The position numbers and the translations under genes are program-made. Under the pieces are notes generated by a model. The model made no database searches and was not told the DNA's origin. It was given only the letters and a program-made list of their open reading frames with translations. From Acidimicrobiales bacterium (GTDB taxonomy: Bacteria; Actinomycetota; Acidimicrobiia; Acidimicrobiales; Aldehydirespiratoraceae): a stretch of 64,000 nt of DNA. This document shows, piece after piece, positions 57,598-64,000 of this stretch (position 1 is its first letter; each line of letters starts with the position of its first letter). The stretch covers positions 11,931-75,930 of the forward strand of contig JAQWMR010000013.1 of assembly GCA_029246685.1 (NCBI GenBank). Direction: 5' to 3'.

Positions 57598-58487
57598 CGT
57601 CACCCCTCACCGGGATGAAGCTGTGGCTTGCGGGCGCCCGACTCCGGACACTTCCCGCCGCGATCGTTCCTGTGGTCGTGGGGACCGCAGTGGCGGTCGG
57701 GCAGGGGACCGACACGGCGTGGTGGCGCTCCGGGGCCGCGCTGGTCGTCGCCCTCGCGCTGCAGGTGGGTGTCAACTACGCGAATGACTACTCGGACGGC
57801 GTGCGGGGCACGGACGGCGACGAGCGAGTCGGTCCGCTTCGCCTCGTCGGTTCCGGGCTCGTGGCGCCCACCGCCGTCAAGCGAGCGGCGACGGGTGCGT
57901 TCGCAGTCGCCGGCGTGTTGGGAGCGGTACTCGCGCTCGTCGTCGGGCCGGAGCTCTTCGTCGTCGGTGTGCTCTGCCTGGTCGCCGGATGGACCTACAC
58001 CGGTGGTCCGAGGCCCTACGGCTATCTCGGTCTCGGCGAGGTCTTCGTGTTCGTGTTCTTCGGGCTCGTCGCCACGGTCGGGACCACCTACGTCCTGCTG
58101 GAGACGGTCGACGCGACGGCGGTCTGGTGCAGCGTCACGGTCGGACTGTGGGCGGTTGCGCTCATGCTCACGAACAACTTGCGCGACATTCCCGGCGACA
58201 CCGTGGCAGGCAAGCAGACTCTTGCGGTTCGGATCGGCGACTCACGCACCCGCGTCGTCTATGTCCTGATGCATGTCGCCGCGCTCGCTTTCGCCGTTGC
58301 AGCCACCTTTGTGACCGGCCGGGTCGCGCTGGGCGCGCTCGCGGCGCTGCCGTTTGCGGCGATGGCGGCGGCCACGGTCAGGCGGGGCGCTCGCGGTCCG
58401 GCACTGATCCCGGTCCTCGGGATGACGGCGCGTGCGCAGATGCTCGGCGGACTCGGACTGACGCTGTCGTTAGCGCTTTCTGCCTGA
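57594..58487 (+). CDS. menA: DHNA polyprenyltransferase
   Basis: GARLRTLP, NYANDYSDG, YTGGPRPYGY, NNLRDIPGD. Confidence 0.93.
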   Translation: MTSPLTGMKLWLAGARLRTLPAAIVPVVVGTAVAVGQGTDTAWWRSGAALVVALALQVGVNYANDYSDGVRGTDGDERVGPLRLVGSGLVAPTAVKRAATGAFAVAGVLGAVLALVVGPELFVVGVLCLVAGWTYTGGPRPYGYLGLGEVFVFVFFGLVATVGTTYVLLETVDATAVWCSVTVGLWAVALMLTNNLRDIPGDTVAGKQTLAVRIGDSRTRVVYVLMHVAALAFAVAATFVTGRVALGALAALPFAAMAAATVRRGARGPALIPVLGMTARAQMLGGLGLTLSLALSA

Positions 58488-58532
58488 GCAGCTGCTGGCT
58501 GAGCGAGCACTGTTTGAATAACCAATCACAGC

Positions 58533-58898
58533 TCAGAGCCGCTGGTTCAGCTCGATCTGGTTTCCCGCTGGATCGCTGAAGAACGCCTGCAGGCAGACGC
58601 CCTCGATCGGGCTCGGTTCGCCAACCTCGACGCCGCGTTCCGCGAGGATGGAGCGGGCCTCGGCGATGTCGTCGACCGGGATCGCGAAGTGGGGGCCGTA
58701 GCCCTCGGTGAGCGGCAGCTCCACGAGATGGAGCTCCTGTGGCCCCATCTGCAACCAGACGCCACCGATGCCGAGGTCGGGTCGCTCGATCTGCTCGAAC
58801 CCCAGCTTGTCGACATAGAAGTCGCGGCACGCCTCCACGTCGGCGACGTTGATCGAGACGTGGTGGACGCCCCTCGTGAACATGTCGGTGGCAGCCAT
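58533..58898 (-). CDS. VOC/glyoxalase family protein
   Basis: HHVSINV, FYVDKLG, HFAI, DPAGNQIEL. Confidence 0.88.
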   Translation of the reverse strand: MAATDMFTRGVHHVSINVADVEACRDFYVDKLGFEQIERPDLGIGGVWLQMGPQELHLVELPLTEGYGPHFAIPVDDIAEARSILAERGVEVGEPSPIEGVCLQAFFSDPAGNQIELNQRL

Positions 58899-58907
58899 GA
58901 GTTGAGG

Positions 58908-59636
58908 CTAGCCCCCGCGCGTGGCGGTGATGAGATGGGCGCCGACGAAGACCTTGCGCTCGACGTCGCTGAAACCCGCCGCCTCGATGCGGCTCCGCAG
59001 CTCGGACCACGGCGGCATGTAGGCCAGCGATTTCGGCAGATAGTCGTAGGCCGTCCGGTCGGAGAATAGGCCTCCGATACGAGGCACGATCTTGCCGAAG
59101 TAGATGCCGTGGCCCCAGCGCAGGATGCGATTCTCGGGCTCGGCTGCATCGAGCAGGGAGACCCGGCCGCCCGGGCGGATCGTTCGGGCCAGTTCGTCGA
59201 AGAAGCCGGGCAATTCGACGAGGTTGCGGAGGGCAAACCCGCAGGTCGCGCCGTCGGCGGTGCCGGCGGCGACCGGGAGAGCCAGAATGTCGCCGTGGAC
59301 GAGCGGCGCGTCGGTGCGGGCGGCGACGAGCATGCCCATCGACAGGTCCATGCCGATCGGGGCGAGGCCGGCCTTGGCCGACTCGCGGCAGAAGTCGCCG
59401 GTGCCGCAGGCGAGATCGAGCACCGTGGACCCGGCCGGAAGGCCGAGACGCTTGAGCGCCTGCTTGCGCCAGCGCACGTCGAGGCCGAATGTCATGATCC
59501 GGTTCACAAGGTCATAGCGGGGCGCGATCGTGTCGAACAGCGAACGAACGGCCTCTCGCTTGTCGTCGCCTTCGGGCAGATCGTCGGGATCGAGCGTCAC
59601 GCCGTCCTGGCGAATCGTCGGGTCCGGCGTGGTCAC
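58908..59636 (-). CDS. menG: Demethylmenaquinone methyltransferase (UbiE/MenG)
   Basis: FDTIAPRYDLVN, VLDLACGTGD, FALRN, AYDYLPKS. Confidence 0.9.
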   Translation of the reverse strand: MTTPDPTIRQDGVTLDPDDLPEGDDKREAVRSLFDTIAPRYDLVNRIMTFGLDVRWRKQALKRLGLPAGSTVLDLACGTGDFCRESAKAGLAPIGMDLSMGMLVAARTDAPLVHGDILALPVAAGTADGATCGFALRNLVELPGFFDELARTIRPGGRVSLLDAAEPENRILRWGHGIYFGKIVPRIGGLFSDRTAYDYLPKSLAYMPPWSELRSRIEAAGFSDVERKVFVGAHLITATRGG

Positions 59637-60031
59637 CGGAAGTAGATCCGCTGATGCTGGGCGCTCTGCTGGTGCAGGAGCAGGCCGAGCACGGCGAGGT
59701 CGAACAGGAGACTGATCGGCTGGAACGAGAGCGCGTCGCCGATCCCGTAATCGATCGCCCACTCGAGGCGGATGACGAACGGCATGCATGCCGCAGCGAC
59801 ACCGAGGCGCCAGCCCCATTTGAACGAGTTTGCGATGCCGTAGGCGGCCGCCGTCGCTCCTACTGACGCCAGCAGGATCACTGCCGCAGCAATGGTCGCG
59901 GAACCGAAGAGTTCCGTCCGGCCGAGCGCCGCGAGGCTCAGCAGACCGATCACGCCTCGGATATAGAGGAGAAGCTGGGCGATGTAGAGCGTCTGGGGGA
60001 CGCGATTGTTGATCCAGATCCGGTCGGTCAC
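59633..60031 (-). CDS. Four-TM hypothetical membrane protein
   Basis: Hydrophobic helices; stop overlaps the menG start; CATACT -10 upstream. Confidence 0.75.
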   Translation of the reverse strand: MTDRIWINNRVPQTLYIAQLLLYIRGVIGLLSLAALGRTELFGSATIAAAVILLASVGATAAAYGIANSFKWGWRLGVAAACMPFVIRLEWAIDYGIGDALSFQPISLLFDLAVLGLLLHQQSAQHQRIYFR

Positions 60032-60061
60032 TGCTCCAGTATGGAGCCTGTGGCGCCGCGA

Positions 60062-61141
60062 TCAGCGACGGCGGGGCGGATCCACGAGCTGACGGCTCGC
60101 TCGAAGTTGGCCGCACGCCGCATCGATCTCGGTGCCTCGCGTGCGGCGGATGGTCACGTTCACGCCGAGATCCTCGAGGTGGTCTCGAAAGGAGCGCACG
60201 CCAGCCGCAGACGTCCCTCGGGTGAGGTAGCCGGGCGTCGGGTTCAACGGGATGAGGTTGACATGGGCGCGCAGTTGTCGACAGATCACGGCGAGCTCTT
60301 CGGCGTCGATCGCCTGGTCGTTCACCCCGTCGATGAGCGCCCACTCGAATGACAGACGCCGGTTCTTCGCGTCGATGTAGCGCCGGCACGCATCGACGAG
60401 ATGGTTCAGCGGGTATTGCCGGTTGATCGGGACGAGTTCGTCGCGTAGGTCGTCATTCGCGGCATGGAGCGAGACCGCGAGGTTGACCGGGAGTGCCTCG
60501 GTCGCAAGACGCTCGATTCCGGGGATTACCCCGACGGTCGACAGCGTGATGTGGCGGGCGCCGATTCCCAACGCGTCGTGGATGCGCTCGACGGCGGCCC
60601 ATGTGCGGTCGTAGTTGGCGAACGGCTCGCCCATACCCATGAAGACGATGTTGGATACCCGGCGCGGCGCAGAGGTACGCCGGGCTTGGATGACCTGTTC
60701 GACGATCTCGCCCACCGAGAGGTGACGGTCGAATCCGCTCTGGCCGGTGGCGCAGAAGCCACAGCCCATGGCGCAGCCCGCCTGCGACGACACGCACACG
60801 GTCGTGCGGTCGTCGTAGTGCATGAGGACGGTCTCGATCGTGTGCCCGTCGTGGAGCCGCCACAGCCACTTCACGGTGTCGCCCTCGTCGCTGACCGACT
60901 CGGTCTCCGGGGTCAGGCCCATCGGCAGCAGGTCGCCGAGGCGGGCCCGCAGGGTCTTCGGGAGATTTGTGAGGTCCTCGAGCTCGCCTCCCTGTTCGTG
61001 AATGCCGTCCCATACCTGGTCGACGCGGTAGCGCGGCTCGTCAGCGAGCACCTCGGCGAGCTCGTCGCGGTTCACGTCGTAGCGAAGCGTCGGGCCGTCA
61101 CGTCGGGCGCGGCCGGCCGCCTCGAGCGGTGTGCCGGTCAT
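60062..61141 (-). CDS. rlmN: Dual-specificity RNA methyltransferase RlmN
   Basis: CVSSQAGCAMGCGFCATG, MGMGEP, SLHA, IDAACGQL. Confidence 0.95.
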   Translation of the reverse strand: MTGTPLEAAGRARRDGPTLRYDVNRDELAEVLADEPRYRVDQVWDGIHEQGGELEDLTNLPKTLRARLGDLLPMGLTPETESVSDEGDTVKWLWRLHDGHTIETVLMHYDDRTTVCVSSQAGCAMGCGFCATGQSGFDRHLSVGEIVEQVIQARRTSAPRRVSNIVFMGMGEPFANYDRTWAAVERIHDALGIGARHITLSTVGVIPGIERLATEALPVNLAVSLHAANDDLRDELVPINRQYPLNHLVDACRRYIDAKNRRLSFEWALIDGVNDQAIDAEELAVICRQLRAHVNLIPLNPTPGYLTRGTSAAGVRSFRDHLEDLGVNVTIRRTRGTEIDAACGQLRASRQLVDPPRRR

Positions 61142-61833
61142 CGGGTCAGCCGATAGGCGCGGTTGGTGTGGTGCCGGCTGAACCCGATGCCGGCATAGGT
61201 GGCGTTGGCCGGGTCGTTGTCGGACTCGACGTACAGCATCCCGTGCTGGAGGCCGTGATCGCTGAGCCACTCCAGTCCGGCGAGCGTCATGGGCTTGCCG
61301 AGGCCGCGGCCGTGAGCGCCCGGGTCGACGGCGATGACGTAGATCTCGCCGAGTGGCGGATCGTGCTCAGCGTGGATCTGGGTCCAGCAGAATCCGATTA
61401 GCCGGCCGTCCCTGTCGTGATCGTGGAGGAGTCGGAAGCCGTCGGCGTCGAACCAGGGCTCCTCCATCGTGGCCAGGACCGACTCACGGGTGAGGTCGCC
61501 CTGCTCGGGATGCCAGTGGAACGCCCGATTGTTCACGCCCACGAAGTCGTCGAGGTCATCGAGCGTGAACGCCCGCGTGACGAGGTTGCTTGCAGCGCTG
61601 GGCAGCGGATATCGCAGCTGCCAGAGGTCGCGGTACTGCTCGAACCCGAGGTCCAGTGCCGCGTCGTCGGCTGCGTGGTCGACCTCGCGGATCCATAGCT
61701 GGATCGAGCCGTCTTCGCATTCGTCGATCGCCGTCACGAGCGCGGCGCGAACGTCGAGCTCGGCGCGACGTTCCGAGACGTTGATCGTCCACCGGAATTC
61801 GCCCTCATTCGGTCCTTCCACAAGCAACGCCAC
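61138..61833 (-). CDS. mshD: Mycothiol synthase-like GNAT acetyltransferase (short N-terminal domain)
   Basis: AFHWHPEQG, GFCWTQIH, GEIYVIAVDP, GRGLGK, LYVESDN. Confidence 0.8.
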   Translation of the reverse strand: MALLVEGPNEGEFRWTINVSERRAELDVRAALVTAIDECEDGSIQLWIREVDHAADDAALDLGFEQYRDLWQLRYPLPSAASNLVTRAFTLDDLDDFVGVNNRAFHWHPEQGDLTRESVLATMEEPWFDADGFRLLHDHDRDGRLIGFCWTQIHAEHDPPLGEIYVIAVDPGAHGRGLGKPMTLAGLEWLSDHGLQHGMLYVESDNDPANATYAGIGFSRHHTNRAYRLTR

Positions 61834-61860
61834 GTCGGTCAGCGTAGCTAGTGTCACCGG
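61834..61860. promoter_or_regulatory. Back-to-back -10 elements for divergent leaderless mshD and nth
   Basis: TACGCT on - (61846-61841), 7 nt before the mshD GTG; TAGTGT on + (61849-61854), 6 nt before the nth ATG. Confidence 0.6.
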
Positions 61861-62502
61861 ATGGCCAAGCCCCGTAGTCCCAAGGGTCGAGCGCAACGCA
61901 CCCACGAGCGCCTCGTCGGCGAGTACCCCGACGCTGAGTGCGAGCTGGATCACCGCAACCCATTCGAGTTGTTGGCGGCGACGATCCTGTCGGCGCAAGC
62001 CACCGACGTCGGGGTGAACAAGGCGACGCCAGGGTTGTTCGCCCGCTTCCCCGATCCGTGGTCGTTGGCTACCGTCGACCCCGAGCAGGTCGAGCCCTAT
62101 GTCGACACGATCGGTCTCTTCCGGCAGAAGTCGAAGAGCCTCGTCGGCATGGCGCAGCTGCTGGTGGACGAATACGATGGGGAGGTCCCGAGTGCCATGA
62201 AGGACCTGACTCGGCTTCCGGGAGTGGGTCGCAAGACGGCGAACGTCGTGCGCAGCGTCGCGCTGAACCAGCCGGGACTCCCGGTGGACACCCACGTCAT
62301 CCGACTGTCGAACCTCCTCGGTATCACCACTGAGAGCAATGCCGTGAAGATCGAGATGGAGCTCAACCCGATGGTTCCGGCGATGGAACGTGGGCAGTTC
62401 AGTCTGCGAATGATCCTGCACGGTCGGCGCGTCTGTATTGCGCGGCGGCCTCAATGCGAGGATTGTGTCCTCAACGACTTCTGTCCGTCGAGCCGGGTCT
62501 GA
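61861..62502 (+). CDS. nth: Endonuclease III
   Basis: LSAQATD, LPGVGRKTANV, VDTH, C-x6-C-x2-C-x5-C Fe-S motif. Confidence 0.96.
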   Translation: MAKPRSPKGRAQRTHERLVGEYPDAECELDHRNPFELLAATILSAQATDVGVNKATPGLFARFPDPWSLATVDPEQVEPYVDTIGLFRQKSKSLVGMAQLLVDEYDGEVPSAMKDLTRLPGVGRKTANVVRSVALNQPGLPVDTHVIRLSNLLGITTESNAVKIEMELNPMVPAMERGQFSLRMILHGRRVCIARRPQCEDCVLNDFCPSSRV

Positions 62503-62617
62503 GCGCGCCTCTGGCGCAACGGCAGGGAAAACCGGTCGAATTCTGAACGTTGTCTGAAGAACGTGCTGCTCGGTGACAGAATTCTCCCCCGAGACGCGGC
62601 GCGCGCCATCGCCCCGT

Positions 62618-62626
62618 TGCTATATT
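62618..62626 (+). promoter_or_regulatory. Extended -10 promoter for the candidate sRNA
   Basis: TG-C-TATATT, with hairpin 1 beginning 7 nt downstream. Confidence 0.6.
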
Positions 62627-62632
62627 CACCTC

Positions 62633-62737
62633 CTGGCTGAGCGCCCGCCGCTCGGCCAGAATCGACGACGTAAGGGATCCGCCTCCCTGTGTCGTCATGG
62701 CGGCCGCTCTCGTTCACGAGGGCGGCCGCTGTCTTTT
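62633..62737 (+). ncRNA. Candidate three-hairpin small RNA with C-rich loops
   Basis: Hairpins at 62633-62659 (11 bp, loop CCCGC), 62664-62696 (13 bp with one bulge, loop UCCGCC) and 62697-62732 (16 bp), followed by CUUUU. Confidence 0.7.
62697..62737 (+). terminator. Intrinsic terminator
   Basis: GCGGCCGCTCTCG-TTCA-CGAGGGCGGCCGC followed by TGTCTTTT. Confidence 0.8.
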
Positions 62738-62769
62738 CGTGGACGGGCTCAGCGGCCAGACTCCTCGCC

Positions 62770-63420
62770 GTGCGCAACCGGATCCTGCTCCTCGTCGCTC
62801 TCGTAGCTGCCGGCGTCGCGTTCATCGTTCTGGGCGGCTGGGACTTCGTCAGCGACGGGGACCGGGTCGAAGAGTTCTTCACCGAGCGTGGCGCCCTCGG
62901 GCCGATCGTGTTCATCCTGATCATGTGGGCGCTCCAGCCGGCCGGCGTGCCCGGACTCGTGTTCATGGTCCCGGCCGCAGTCGTCTGGCCGCTCCCGACT
63001 GCGATAGCGCTCTCGTGGATCGGCAACATGGGCGCCTCCACGATCGCCTTCGTGATCGCGCGCTACCTCGCTCACGACTGGGCGCAGGAACACATGCCGA
63101 CTCGACTGAAGACGTGGGACGAACGGCTGTCCAATGGTGGACTCCGGGAGGTCTTTCTCCTCCGCGTCGTCACGGGCCAGCTCACCCCGGCGGACTGGCT
63201 GCTCGGTGTCAGCGGCGTGCGTCTGCGGACGTTTCTGCTCGGGACTGGACTCGGCATCATTCCGGGAATCGTCCTGGCGACGACGGTCGGTGGCAGCCTC
63301 GTCGATCTCATGGGGGACCGACAGACGCGGCTGCCGATCCTGCTCGGCCTCGCGGCCTTCGTGGTGATCAGGCGAGTGCGGCGGCGCCGACGGGTGGCCG
63401 AGATAGAAACGATCACGTGA
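62770..63420 (+). CDS. TVP38/TMEM64 (VTT/DedA superfamily) membrane protein
   Basis: GPIVFI...P..VPG, GASTIAFVIARY, FLLGTGLGIIPG. Confidence 0.85.
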   Translation: MRNRILLLVALVAAGVAFIVLGGWDFVSDGDRVEEFFTERGALGPIVFILIMWALQPAGVPGLVFMVPAAVVWPLPTAIALSWIGNMGASTIAFVIARYLAHDWAQEHMPTRLKTWDERLSNGGLREVFLLRVVTGQLTPADWLLGVSGVRLRTFLLGTGLGIIPGIVLATTVGGSLVDLMGDRQTRLPILLGLAAFVVIRRVRRRRRVAEIETIT

Positions 63421-63467
63421 CGTCCATCGCCGTGAACACGAACGACGTCGCGCTGATCGGTGTCGCT

Positions 63468-63659
63468 TCAGGCGAGGTCTCGCGCTGTTGATCGGAGCCG
63501 CCGCTCGGCAGTGACCAACATCCGTTCGATCTCGTGGAGACGACCGATCAGCGGATCGTCGGGGTCCTCCGCGCGGCGTTCGGCGATCTTCCCGATGCGC
63601 GCGGCGGCGTCGGAGATGACGGTGGTGAGCGACGAGATCTCGGCGGCATCGGGGTCCAT
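63468..63659 (-). CDS. Small helical hypothetical protein
   Basis: 63 aa amphipathic two-helix ORF with a CAGACT -10-like element upstream. Confidence 0.6.
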   Translation of the reverse strand: MDPDAAEISSLTTVISDAAARIGKIAERRAEDPDDPLIGRLHEIERMLVTAERRLRSTARDLA

Positions 63660-63757
63660 GGGCGGCAGTCTGGGGCATGCGACGCCGTGGGTAAAGGCAC
63701 GGGTCGTCGCCCGGGAAAGGCAAGGGACCGGCGGACCGTGCGCGGTAGCGTGGTCGG

Positions 63758-64000
63758 GTGCTCACCCGAATCGACCTACGCGGCTTCGCCGGCGACGTCG
63801 CGGATCGCTTGCCTCGACCGGCTGCGCCCGCCGACGGTCCAGTTGACGCTGTGCGGGAGATCCTTCGTGAAGTGAGCGAGCGCGGCGACGACGCCCTGAT
63901 CGAATTCACCCAACGTTTCGACGCTGTCGAACTGACCGAGACGCAAGTTGACCCAGCCGACATCGAGGCCGCTCTCGACCGGGTGCCGGCCGATGTTCTT
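63758..64000 (+). CDS. hisD: Histidinol dehydrogenase, 5' part (runs off the window)
   Basis: Not in the ORF track; hand translation gives MLTRIDLRG...LPRP...VREILREVSERGDDALIEFTQRFD; TAGCGT -10 upstream. Confidence 0.88.
   Translation, partial: MLTRIDLRGFAGDVADRLPRPAAPADGPVDAVREILREVSERGDDALIEFTQRFDAVELTETQVDPADIEAALDRVPADVL

Noticed and set aside
58488..58532. AT-rich patch between convergent menA and VOC genes (possible dif site or terminator)
   Set aside because: No match to the XerC/XerD dif pattern and no strong hairpin
1..64000. Many long overlapping or antisense ORFs in the six-frame track (e.g. 38519-40324 -, 33301-34974 -, 19326-20900 -)
   Set aside because: Shadows of real genes caused by high GC and codon bias; Arg/Pro/Gly-rich with no family motifs

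Overview
High-GC (roughly 68% by eye) actinobacterial chromosome segment. Gene content (Bpa/PafE, MshD, MtrAB-LpqB-like trio, DUF3040, SepF without FtsA, murB inside the dcw cluster) is most consistent with class Acidimicrobiia; this is an inference. The window is mostly housekeeping: alaC, glpK, pfkA, a two-component system, ppm1, dinB, the dcw cluster from mraZ to divIVA (lacking murF), a DksA/TraR-family gene, rluD, bpa, dnaE, a DUF35/thiolase pair, a nine-gene purine operon with a PurS-PurL fusion, menA/menG, rlmN, mshD, nth and the start of hisD. I found no rRNA, tRNA, CRISPR array, transposase or prophage. The most interesting signals are: (1) a candidate ~105-nt three-hairpin sRNA with its own extended -10 and terminator (62633-62737); (2) a long structured RNA between mraZ and rsmH whose 27-bp stem buries a Shine-Dalgarno and an in-frame ATG; (3) a perfect LexA/Cheo box next to the MraZ repeats upstream of the dcw cluster; (4) histone-H1-like Lys/Ala N-terminal tails on three unrelated proteins (DksA-like, DUF35, thiolase); (5) four decayed accessory genes beside intact core genes; (6) a purine operon with non-actinobacterial architecture; (7) a REP-like GGGGTCWGACCCC element, DnaA-box-like repeats before dnaE, and pervasive leaderless promoters. 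All assignments come from reading motifs by eye; no searches were run.
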